Positions 1-8,072 of a DNA stretch of 45,905 nucleotides are shown here, piece after piece. Each line of letters starts with the position of its first letter. Position 1 is the first letter of the stretch. Both the position numbers and the translations under genes were made by a program. The DNA comes from Acidimicrobiia bacterium (GTDB taxonomy: Bacteria; Actinomycetota; Acidimicrobiia; Acidimicrobiales; Ilumatobacteraceae). The notes under the pieces are model-generated. The model did no database searches, was not told the DNA's origin, and worked only from the letters and a program-made list of their open reading frames with translations. The DNA is taken from positions 1 through 45,905 of the forward strand of contig JASJHI010000216.1 in the NCBI GenBank assembly GCA_033791105.1, in the 5' to 3' direction.

Positions 1-44
1 CAGTCACGACCGAGCCAGTCACGACCGAGCCAGTCACGACCGCC
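1..44 (+). repeat. 15-bp tandem repeat (cagtcacgaccgagc x2 plus a partial third copy) inside a coding region
   Basis: Read directly at 1-15, 16-30 and 31-44. In the coding frame it gives (P)VTTE repeats. Confidence 0.7.
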
Positions 45-317
45 GGAGTTGACGAGGGCACGACGACCACCACGGTTGCTGAGGCACCGGACGAGACACC
101 GACCACGACCGCAGCCCAGGCATCGGACGAGCCGGTGACCACCGCTGCGCCAGAGCAGGCTCCCACCGCGGCCCCGGCACCCGAGGCGCCGGCAGCCACC
201 GCGCTCGACACCGACGACGCCCAGCAGTCGATGGTGATCGACATGAGTGCGGCTGCGACGATCAGCATCGGCGACCGCTTCGGCTTCTTCACCGTCGTCG
301 ACGGTCAGACCGCCTGA
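3..317 (+). CDS. 3' end of a Thr/Pro/Ala-rich repeat protein (5' end lies outside the window), function unknown
   Basis: The frame of ORF 135..317 stays open back to the window edge (VTTEPVTTEPVTTAGVDEGTTTTTVAEAPDETPTTTAAQ...). The stop is at 315-317. The low-complexity linker-like sequence ends in ...ISIGDRFGFFTVVDGQTA. Confidence 0.4.
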   Translation, partial: VTTEPVTTEPVTTAGVDEGTTTTTVAEAPDETPTTTAAQASDEPVTTAAPEQAPTAAPAPEAPAATALDTDDAQQSMVIDMSAAATISIGDRFGFFTVVDGQTA

Positions 318-437
318 CAATCGACATCCGCCGACCGCACCCGAGTGTGCTGATCGGCGACCTGCCCACCAACATTCGTCCGCACACGGCAACTACTGTT
401 GCGCGCTGTGGATGTCGGCGAACCGCAGCATGATGTG

Positions 438-1541
438 ATGCCGACGCGTGGCCTGAACGTTCTCGTCGTCATCACCTCGGCTCACCGCCGCGGTGCCGAG
501 ATCGAAGGGATGCAGCTGACGTCCCGCCTCGCTGCAGCAGGATGCACCGCCCGCGTGGTCGCGCTCGCCGGTGGCGGCGACTCGGCGCTTCCCGTCACCG
601 TTCTCGGCTCATCGCCGACATCTCCCAGCACCCTGCGCGCGCTACGACGCGCGGCCCGCGGCACCGATGTCGTCATCGGCTACGGGTCGAGCACCTTGCC
701 GGCCTGCGCACTCGCGCTCGGTGGCACTCGGACGCCGTTCATCTACCGCAGTATCGGCGATCCGGCCGCCTGGGTCCGCGGCGCGCTCCACAAGCGCCGC
801 ACCGCCATGCTGTTCAGGAGGGCGGCGCACGTCGTGACGCTGTCGGAGACCTCGAGTGAATCGGTGGCCGATCTGTACGGCGTGCCGCCGCATCGCCGCG
901 ATGTGACTCCGAATGCCCGCGCGCCCGACGACTTCCGCCCTCCGACCAACGACGAGCGCACCGCAGCTCGCGAGCGGTGGTCGGTGCCGCCCGACAGTCC
1001 GCTCGCGGTCACGATCGGGGCACTGAGCCCGGAGAAACAGACATGGCTGGCGGCGGGCGCTGCCGCCGAGATCGACGGGCTGACGCTGCTCATCGCTGGC
1101 GACGGACCCGAGCGCGACCGCGTCGCTGCGGCCGCCGCCCGGGTGCCGGATCAGCGCGTCCGGCTGCTGGGCCAGATCGATGATCCGGTGGGGCTGCTGC
1201 ACGCTGCGGACGTGCTCGTGCTCACCAGCAGCACCGAAGGAATGCCCGGCGTCGTCATCGAGGCCGGACTGTGCGGAGTCCCGGTCGTCGCCACCGACGT
1301 CGGAATGGTCGGCGAGCTCGTCGTCGACGGTGAGTCCGGTGTCATCGTCGAGGCGGCGGAGACGACAATGATCGCCGCGGCGATCGAGCGGGTGCTCGAA
1401 GATCGCGAACGGTTCGGACAGCGCGCGCTCGAACACACACGCGAGCATTTCGTCTGGGACGCTGTGCTGCCCACGTGGCTCGACGTGCTCCACCGGGTCA
1501 CCGCTCCGCCAGGGGAACGCTCGCGTTTGCGGAACAAGTGA
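438..1541 (+). CDS. Glycosyltransferase, GT4 (GT-B fold) family
   Basis: ORF 399..1541. ATG at 438 gives MPTRGLNVLVVITSAHRRGAEIEG, a typical GT4 N-terminus. The C-terminal part reads LTSSTEGMPGVVIEAGLCGVPVVATDVG...GESG (E-x7-E-like region). Confidence 0.85.
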   Translation: MPTRGLNVLVVITSAHRRGAEIEGMQLTSRLAAAGCTARVVALAGGGDSALPVTVLGSSPTSPSTLRALRRAARGTDVVIGYGSSTLPACALALGGTRTPFIYRSIGDPAAWVRGALHKRRTAMLFRRAAHVVTLSETSSESVADLYGVPPHRRDVTPNARAPDDFRPPTNDERTAARERWSVPPDSPLAVTIGALSPEKQTWLAAGAAAEIDGLTLLIAGDGPERDRVAAAAARVPDQRVRLLGQIDDPVGLLHAADVLVLTSSTEGMPGVVIEAGLCGVPVVATDVGMVGELVVDGESGVIVEAAETTMIAAAIERVLEDRERFGQRALEHTREHFVWDAVLPTWLDVLHRVTAPPGERSRLRNK

Positions 1542-1593
1542 ACATTCCGCGGCCGCGGGAGCACGGCAGCGGCCCCCGAGTAGCGTCGGCGCG

Positions 1594-3039
1594 ATGACCA
1601 GGCGTGGGAAGGTCGGGCGGCGGAGGTACATCGGCTCGGCCGCACTCGTATTGACGTTGTTCGCCGCGTCGTGTGCGTCCGACGACGCATCATCCTCCGA
1701 TTCGGCCACATCCGCCTCCGGGAATGTGGGCGCAACGGCCGGGTCAGCCGAGCCGGACGACGATGCGAGCGATTCCGATTCCGATTCCGATTCCGATTAC
1801 GATTCCGATTCCGGAGCATCGGAGGGATCGGACGGCACAGCGGCCGTCGCCGCCGATGATTGCAATGCCGGCGACCGATCCACGGCGAGCGAAGCGGCCG
1901 TCGAGCTGGAGGTCGTGTCGAACGGAGATGGGCCCGAGGTGCGAGCTGCCGTCTATCCAGTTCCCGACCACGAGGGCAATCCGTGGTCCCAATGGGGCCA
2001 GGGCGTAATGCTCCCCGACGGCCGGTTCGTGTCAGCGGTCGGCGATCACCTCGGACGGGACGGCAACAGCTGGGTCTACGAGTACGACCCTGCCACCGGC
2101 ATGCTCGAACGAACCGCCGAGGTTTCCGCGGCCCTCGGACATCAGCAGGGTGACTGGGGCTACGGCAAGGTGCATGCTCCGATGCTCGTACGCGGGTGCG
2201 GTGAGATCGTCACGTCCACCTACTGGGGAACCCGCCGCGACCTCCAACTCGGTGGCTCCTACGAGGGTGACCACCTCATCCGTTACGACCCGGCGACGCG
2301 GACGGTCGAGTCGCTCGGAGTACCGGTACCCGGCCACGGGCTGCCGTCACTTGCCATGTCACCGGACGGTCGATGGGTCTTCGGCGAAGCTGTTGATCCC
2401 GAGAGCGAGCCCGATGCGGGTGTCTTCTTCGTCGCCGACGCCGAGTCGGGAGAAGTCGTGTACGAAGCCGACGACGACCGCCATCGCGGATTCCGGTCGA
2501 TTCTCGTCTCACCTGCAGGAGAGGCGTTCTACGCGATCGGCGGCGGCGATCTCGTGGCGGTCGATGCTGACGGCAACACGCGCGAGGTGAACGATGTTCT
2601 GTCGGGAGGGTGGCTTCGGGCATCGACGGCGAGCACCGCTGACGGGTCGGTCTACGGCACGACCCGCGATCCGGATGCGCTCTTCCGACTCTCCGCCGAC
2701 GGAGACTTCAGTTCGCTCGGGCCCGTCGAGGACTACGTCGCCTCGCTGGCGGTTGCGCCCGACGGTGAAACGCTCTACTACGTGCCTGGGGCACACGGCA
2801 GCGGCGCCGACTTCGGTACGCCACTGGTCGCCGTCGACATCGAGTCGGGCGACCACGAGATCATCGTCAACCTCAACGACTTGATCGAGCCGGCGCTCGG
2901 TGTCACGGCGGGCGGCACCTACAACGTCGTGGTCGACCCGAGCGGCGAGCGGCTGTACATCGGACTCAACTCCGGTCCCCCGGGAGAATTCGGTGAGACG
3001 TTCGGCACGGTCGTACTGGCCGTCGTCGAGTTGCCATGA
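1594..3039 (+). CDS. Secreted lipoprotein, beta-propeller-like, with an (Asp-Ser)n linker
   Basis: Signal peptide plus lipobox (ALVLTLFAASC). An acidic S/D-rich linker includes DSDSDSDSDYDSDS. Blade-like segments recur (SPDGRWVF, APDGETLYYV, DPSGERLYIG). Its stop overlaps the next start in ATGA (3036-3039). Confidence 0.65.
   Translation: MTRRGKVGRRRYIGSAALVLTLFAASCASDDASSSDSATSASGNVGATAGSAEPDDDASDSDSDSDSDYDSDSGASEGSDGTAAVAADDCNAGDRSTASEAAVELEVVSNGDGPEVRAAVYPVPDHEGNPWSQWGQGVMLPDGRFVSAVGDHLGRDGNSWVYEYDPATGMLERTAEVSAALGHQQGDWGYGKVHAPMLVRGCGEIVTSTYWGTRRDLQLGGSYEGDHLIRYDPATRTVESLGVPVPGHGLPSLAMSPDGRWVFGEAVDPESEPDAGVFFVADAESGEVVYEADDDRHRGFRSILVSPAGEAFYAIGGGDLVAVDADGNTREVNDVLSGGWLRASTASTADGSVYGTTRDPDALFRLSADGDFSSLGPVEDYVASLAVAPDGETLYYVPGAHGSGADFGTPLVAVDIESGDHEIIVNLNDLIEPALGVTAGGTYNVVVDPSGERLYIGLNSGPPGEFGETFGTVVLAVVELP
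1771..1812 (+). repeat. Hexanucleotide microsatellite (gattcc)4-gattac-(gattcc)2, in frame, encoding (DS)n
   Basis: Counted directly as seven consecutive 6-nt units at 1771-1812 within CDS 1594..3039. Confidence 0.9.
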
Positions 3040-4802
3040 CAGCGGTGCAACGGGGATCGCTCGCAGCGGTTGCGCTGCTCGTCATCGTGGGCGCGTGCGG
3101 GGGTTCGTCGTCCGACGATGCGGAATCGGAAGGATCCGTCGACCGTTCGGGCGTGGACGGGTCGACCGGCGCGGAGCCCGCGTCGACCGAGTCCGGCCAG
3201 AACGACGGCGCCGGCGATGGGGACGGGGACCGGGATGAGCCCGCAACGACCGCTGACGACGTGACAGACGCGCAGGCCGACGGTGACCCCGTGGTGTGCT
3301 GGACCACAGAGCAGGTCGACGGCGATGGCATCGCCTGGGATCGAGTGACCGAGCAGGCCGGGCTCGTCGAGCCGCTCACCGGAATGCACGGTCACGCCAC
3401 AGCAGCGGGCGATGTGGACGGCGACGGATGGACCGACCTGTTCGTCGGCGGGTTCGCCGACCGCGAGACCGACGCGTACGCCCTGCGCGGGGCTGACGGC
3501 CCGACGCCCGATCAACTCCTCCTGGGCGGGCCCGACGGGTTCACGGTCGACGACCGCTTCGAAGGCGAGCTGGCCCGCACGAGCGGTGCAGCGTTCGCGG
3601 ACCTGGATGACGACGGCGATCTGGACCTTGTCGTCGTTCGTAACCCGCGCAACGACGGTGAGATCAGCAGCCGCCCGACCACCGTGTACGAGAACGACGG
3701 CGGCTCGTGGCGTGTCGCATCCACGATCGAGTCCGCGGGCCGCGGTCGAGCGGTCGCAGTGTTCGACGTCGATCGCGACGGTCTTGCCGACCTTGTACTT
3801 GCCGCCGATCGGTTCGGCGACGGGCCGACCCGGCTCTATCGGAACGATGGCAGCTTCGCGTTCTCGGACGCCAGCGACGAGTGGGGGCTCCCCGACGACA
3901 TGGTCACGCTCGCGGTCGCGGCGGCCGATCTGAACGGCGACGGCTGGATCGACATCGTGGTCAGCGGCGACGAACGAGTCCTGCTCGGTGGTCCCGACGG
4001 ATTCACCGTCTCGGTCCAGGAGTCGCTGCGCTGGCAGCTGGAGGGAGACGAGGATGATCCAGCCGGCATCGCGGTCGGTGACCTCGACGGTGATGGTCGC
4101 CCCGATCTCGTTATCGGGCACCACTTCAACTCGACGATCGACTTCGGCACGGAGATCCAGGTCCGAGTCTTTCTCAACCGCACGTCCGGCGACGACCTCC
4201 AACTCGATGACGTGACGGTCGAGGCGGGCGTCCCGGGCCTGTGGACCAAGTCGCCACACGTCGCAGTGGTCGACGTGGACAACGACGGACTGCTCGACAT
4301 CGTCACGTCGGCCGCGACCAGCGACGATGTGCCCTACGTGCTCCGCAACACCGGGATCGCCGACTCGATGCCGCGATTCGAGCCGATCGGTGAGCCAGGC
4401 GACGGTCAATACTGGGTCACTGGAGCCGTCGACGACTTCGATCGCGACGGGCGGGCCGACGTCTTCCTCGTCGAGTGGGAGCCCGCCCTCGAGTCACCGA
4501 TGTTCCGTGCCACCGGCGCGTCGGGAAGCCACGTTCGTCTCGACGTGTCGTCGCTCGGCATCGACGCCACCGGCACGGTCGTCGAGGCGTGGGGTGATGG
4601 CGAGACGCTGCTCGCGAGCGACTGGATCGAATCGTCGACGGGGTACGCCGCGGGTGCCCTGGCGGTTGCACACCTCGGGCTCGGCGTCGATCCGGACGCT
4701 CTCGACGACGGGATGGTGCGCCTCGTCGTCACACCCGTGGCACTCGAGCCGTTCGCGATCAGCGTGCCGCTGAACTCCGGGTCACGCCTCGGCGGGTGCT
4801 GA
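3036..4802 (+). CDS. Lipoprotein with FG-GAP/VCBS repeats and an ASPIC/UnbV-like C-terminal region (CRTAC1-type architecture)
   Basis: Lipobox LLVIVGAC. At least seven Ca-binding-like FG-GAP signatures are present (GDVDGDGWTDLFVGG, DLDDDGDLDLVVV, FDVDRDGLADLVL, ADLNGDGWIDIVVSG, GDLDGDGRPDLVIGHH, VDVDNDGLLDIVTS, DDFDRDGRADVFLVEW). Confidence 0.8.
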   Translation: MTAVQRGSLAAVALLVIVGACGGSSSDDAESEGSVDRSGVDGSTGAEPASTESGQNDGAGDGDGDRDEPATTADDVTDAQADGDPVVCWTTEQVDGDGIAWDRVTEQAGLVEPLTGMHGHATAAGDVDGDGWTDLFVGGFADRETDAYALRGADGPTPDQLLLGGPDGFTVDDRFEGELARTSGAAFADLDDDGDLDLVVVRNPRNDGEISSRPTTVYENDGGSWRVASTIESAGRGRAVAVFDVDRDGLADLVLAADRFGDGPTRLYRNDGSFAFSDASDEWGLPDDMVTLAVAAADLNGDGWIDIVVSGDERVLLGGPDGFTVSVQESLRWQLEGDEDDPAGIAVGDLDGDGRPDLVIGHHFNSTIDFGTEIQVRVFLNRTSGDDLQLDDVTVEAGVPGLWTKSPHVAVVDVDNDGLLDIVTSAATSDDVPYVLRNTGIADSMPRFEPIGEPGDGQYWVTGAVDDFDRDGRADVFLVEWEPALESPMFRATGASGSHVRLDVSSLGIDATGTVVEAWGDGETLLASDWIESSTGYAAGALAVAHLGLGVDPDALDDGMVRLVVTPVALEPFAISVPLNSGSRLGGC

Positions 4803-5792
4803 TGAACCCGTCGCAGGTGCGGGCGACCCCAGCCTCTCGGCCACCTGCGCCATCGTCAGCGTCTCGAGCTTGCCCTCGGCGCGGAGCGTCGCTGCACAAT
4901 CGAGCAATTGCGCGAGCCCGTCGAACCACCGCTCGGGTTCGTGTTGGACGTTGTGCGGGTGGAACCACAGGTGGAACAGTCCGCGATGCGACACCGCCTG
5001 GCGCAGCCGGCGCTTGGCCTGTGCGATCTTGAATGTGTAGCGGCGGGGATCGCCGACATCGTGCAGGTATGTGGCCGGAAGGTTCCACACGCCGTACTCG
5101 AACACCGGCACGACCGCGCTCTTGCTCGTCGGCGCGACCATTTCGGCGGCATCGCGCGCCCGCCGCACGATGTCGGAGGAACCGGCATATGGATCGGATC
5201 GCGGACCGCGATAGGTGGTGAATCCCTCCTCGGCCAGGATGTGCTCGTGGCCGTACTGGTTGCGCGGAAAGATGAACGAACGTAGTTCGAGGCCATGGCG
5301 ATCCGACTCGACGCGACATCTCCGAAGATCGGACCGGAATGCAGCTTCGGAGCAACCGGGATCGCCGGCGATGAGGTGGGTGAACGAGTGCGAGCCCACT
5401 TCGTGGCCCACCTCGGAAGCCATCACCTCGGAGAGGAGATCGGGCGCGTACCACGTCGGTGCATCGGCTGCGGTGGTGCAGGGGTCGGCCGCCAACCAGT
5501 CACCCTCGAACCAGTCGTAGTCGGGACGGATCAGGTCGGGATGCGGCGCACCCCCCTCACGGCTGCACCCGTCGAGGAGGAGATGGCCGACGAACGCCCA
5601 GGTGGCGGGCACTCGGTACTCGTCGAAGACATCGAGGAGGCGACGCATCTGTTCTCGCTCGGCGGCGAACTCGTAGTCGCGGTCGGGTCGGTGGATCTGC
5701 CCCCACGACATCTCGACATCGATCGACACGACGAGAGCAGCGCGAGCGAGCGGAGAACCCGCCGAGGGAGCGTGTGATTCGAGATCCACCAT
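4782..5792 (-). CDS. Polysaccharide deacetylase (NodB-homology / CE4-like)
   Basis: The 336-aa ORF has VVSIDVEMSWG (DVE motif region), HEVGSHSFTHL (His-His metal motif) and FIFPRN. Its 3' end overlaps the convergent gene by 21 bp (4782-4802). Confidence 0.8.
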   Translation of the reverse strand: MVDLESHAPSAGSPLARAALVVSIDVEMSWGQIHRPDRDYEFAAEREQMRRLLDVFDEYRVPATWAFVGHLLLDGCSREGGAPHPDLIRPDYDWFEGDWLAADPCTTAADAPTWYAPDLLSEVMASEVGHEVGSHSFTHLIAGDPGCSEAAFRSDLRRCRVESDRHGLELRSFIFPRNQYGHEHILAEEGFTTYRGPRSDPYAGSSDIVRRARDAAEMVAPTSKSAVVPVFEYGVWNLPATYLHDVGDPRRYTFKIAQAKRRLRQAVSHRGLFHLWFHPHNVQHEPERWFDGLAQLLDCAATLRAEGKLETLTMAQVAERLGSPAPATGSSAPAEA

Positions 5793-5793
5793 C

Positions 5794-6990
5794 TTGATCA
5801 GCCGAGTGGGATCCTACCCGGCCGGTACGCTCCGATCCGTGGTGGAACCGGTCCGCGTGCTGTACGTGATCGACAGTCTGGGCCCGGGCGGCGCCGAGAC
5901 GTCGCTGGCCTCGATGGCTCCCCATCTTGCCCGGCTCGGCGTCGACCTGCACGTCTGCTATCTCATCGAACGGGACGGCCTCCATGAGCAGTTCCGCTCT
6001 GCCGGCGCCATGCTCCATCGGCTCGACGTGCCGCGCATTCGACGCGTGGCCGCACTTCGGCGCCTGATCCGCCAAGTCGATCCCGACATCGTGCACACAA
6101 CGCTCTACGAGGCGGACCAGGTCGGCCGCGTGGCGGGTGCGCTCACGCGACGCCCTGTCGTGTCGAGCCTGGTGAGCACCGGCTTCGAGCTCGGCTCATG
6201 GCGCAGTGTCGCCGGGCTCAAGACTCGTGCGGCGGTCGTGGTCGACGCCGTAACGGCGCGGGCAGTGACCCGGTTCCATGCCGTCAGCCCGCCGGTCGTC
6301 GACGTGATGTCGCGCCGGCTGATCCTGCCGCGCGACCGATTCGCCGTCATCCCACGAGGCCGTGAGCCGGACGCGTTGGGCGCGTGGTCCGGTCCGCGGA
6401 GGCGGTCGGTCCGCAAGACGCTCGGCCTCGCCCCGGGCGCACCGTTCGTCGTCGCGGTCGGTCGGGAGGTGCTCCCGAAAGGCCACGCGACGCTGCTGAA
6501 CGCGATTCCCGAGGTCGCCGAACTGATGCCCGGCATCCGCATCGCCATCGCTGGGCGACCGGGCGATCGGAGCGACGAGATCACACAGGCGATCGCCGAC
6601 CTCGACATCGGACACATCGTGGACCGGCTGGGACATCGTGACGACGTCGCCGACTTGCTCGTAGCCGCTGACGTTCTCGCGTTCCCATCGACGCGCGAGG
6701 GATTTCCCGGCACGCTCATCGAGGCCATGGCGATGGAGTGTCCAATCGTCGCGAGTGACATCCCGTCCATCCGCAGCATCCTCGAGCGCCCTGACGGAAA
6801 CAGCCTCGGCACCATGGTGCCCGTCGGCGACAGCGGCGCGCTTGCACGAGCGCTCGTGGCGGAGCTCGACTCGCCGCGCGACGAAGAGCAGCTGTCGCGG
6901 GCCCGCCTCGTGTTCGAACGCGACTTCACGACTTCGGCGGTCAGCGAACGTACGATCGCGCTGTACCGCGATGTACTCCGACGACCCTGA
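5794..6990 (+). CDS. Glycosyltransferase, GT4 family
   Basis: VRVLYVIDSLGPGGAETSL N-terminus; FPSTREGFPGTLIEAMAMECPIVASDIPS C-terminal GT-B motif. The start is uncertain: TTG 5794, or GTG at 5839, 5842 or 5857. Confidence 0.85.
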   Translation: MISRVGSYPAGTLRSVVEPVRVLYVIDSLGPGGAETSLASMAPHLARLGVDLHVCYLIERDGLHEQFRSAGAMLHRLDVPRIRRVAALRRLIRQVDPDIVHTTLYEADQVGRVAGALTRRPVVSSLVSTGFELGSWRSVAGLKTRAAVVVDAVTARAVTRFHAVSPPVVDVMSRRLILPRDRFAVIPRGREPDALGAWSGPRRRSVRKTLGLAPGAPFVVAVGREVLPKGHATLLNAIPEVAELMPGIRIAIAGRPGDRSDEITQAIADLDIGHIVDRLGHRDDVADLLVAADVLAFPSTREGFPGTLIEAMAMECPIVASDIPSIRSILERPDGNSLGTMVPVGDSGALARALVAELDSPRDEEQLSRARLVFERDFTTSAVSERTIALYRDVLRRP

Positions 6991-7175
6991 GAGACCGGGG
7001 CTCCGTTCGAGGTGTAGCCCGGCCCATCGGGCGGAACGTTCTCGCACCGGTGGCGCCACGCGTCGTGAACGACCTGCTCGCGAGACCTCCCCTGCCAGTA
7101 TCATCCAAGGAACGGACGGCGTCGACCGGGCACGGCGGCGAGAGGTGGACGCAGCAATCCGACGAGAGGCGGCGC

Positions 7176-8072
7176 ATGAACATACGCAACGACGAGACCG
7201 GATCGTGCCGTCAGCTCGACGACGGCACGACCGAGACGGCGGGCTGGATCACCGTCGATGGCGAGCGCGTGTACCACGTCACTCGCGCACCGGCCGGGAC
7301 CGTGCGCGCCTGCCTCACGCTCTGTCCGGCGGTCGGCGGCGAATTCGACGGCGGCTACCGGCGACAAACCCTGCTCGCGCGTGAACTGAGCGCGTTCGGC
7401 ATCGTGACGCGCCGTATCCACTATCGCGGCACCGGCAACAGCCAGTTGTTCACCGACGCGGTGCGCTCGACGATGATCGCCGACGCGACCGCCGCCGCCG
7501 AGGACCTGTCGAATCGGTACCCGGACGCCGCGCAGATCGTGCTCGGCGAGCGTGTGGGCGCCCTCGTCGCCGCCGAGGTCGCGCGTAGCATCGAGGCCGA
7601 TCATCTTGTCCTCTGGCACCCAGTCACCGACATCACGGCCTACGTCCGCGAGCTCGGGCGGGCGGCGAAGCTGCAGAAGGTCGCCACGGGCCGCGACGAG
7701 GGCGGCGAAGAGGTAGCGGCGACGTTCCGCGACGAGTACGACGCCGGGGTCGGCGATCTCGTCGGCTTCTCGGTCGTTCGGTCAACCCTCGAGAGCTTCG
7801 ACGGCCACCCGCTGGCCGAATCGCCGCCGGTCGACCAATGCACCGTCGATCTGTTCCAGTTCGGTCGCAAGTCACTCGATCCCAAGTACCGCAAGCTCGT
7901 CGCCGCCTGGGAGGGCGTCACCGTTCGCGACCACCTCGTCGACGAGGCCGAGATCTGGTGGTTTGCCCCGGGCCCGTGGAAACGCGGCGAAGAGGGTCGT
8001 CCCGTCACCGTTGCGGTGCTCGAGGCCACCGTTCCCGTCATCGACGCCCTGACGAACTCCGAGGCCGCATGA
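7176..8072 (+). CDS. Alpha/beta-hydrolase-fold protein with a degenerate nucleophile elbow (G-E-R-V-G), first of a pair
   Basis: ATG 7176 is preceded by gagagg. RRIHYRGTGNSQ resembles the hydrolase-fold xxGxGxS loop. At the elbow position, IVLGERVGALVAAE has Arg where Ser or Cys is expected. ATGA overlap with the next gene (8069-8072). Confidence 0.55.
   Translation: MNIRNDETGSCRQLDDGTTETAGWITVDGERVYHVTRAPAGTVRACLTLCPAVGGEFDGGYRRQTLLARELSAFGIVTRRIHYRGTGNSQLFTDAVRSTMIADATAAAEDLSNRYPDAAQIVLGERVGALVAAEVARSIEADHLVLWHPVTDITAYVRELGRAAKLQKVATGRDEGGEEVAATFRDEYDAGVGDLVGFSVVRSTLESFDGHPLAESPPVDQCTVDLFQFGRKSLDPKYRKLVAAWEGVTVRDHLVDEAEIWWFAPGPWKRGEEGRPVTVAVLEATVPVIDALTNSEAA

Noticed and set aside
642-1709. 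Long antisense and alternate-frame ORFs throughout the six-frame track. Examples are 642..1709(-), 2919..4409(-), 9151..10635(-), 11565..12761(+), 16104..17336(-), 17717..18673(+), 19407..20261(-), 23287..24867(-), 32606..34330(-), 35231..36376(+) and 43072..44406(+).
   Set aside because: They lie opposite or out of frame to ORFs with clear family motifs. Their translations are dominated by Arg/Pro/Gly/Ala/Asp runs with no recognisable motifs, as expected from the scarcity of stop codons in high-GC DNA.
1151-1819. Minus-strand ORF beginning MLRNRNRNRNRNRNRNR, which looks like a striking dipeptide-repeat protein.
   Set aside because: The NR repeat is simply the reverse-complement reading of the (gattcc)n microsatellite that encodes (DS)n in the well-supported lipoprotein gene. 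The rest of the ORF is Arg/Ser/Thr-rich noise.
7050-7175. 5' extensions of many track ORFs. Examples are 7050..7175, 7838..8068, 8980..9021, 12771..13250, 21834..22193, 22985..23101, 31584..31730, 32180..32644, 37181..37594, 39397..40059, 41776..41949, 42542..42670 and 44527..44709.
   Set aside because: The extensions overlap the preceding gene out of frame or are Arg/Pro-rich with no homology-like content. Internal starts give canonical N-termini and typical 4-bp ATGA/GTGA coupling or short gaps.
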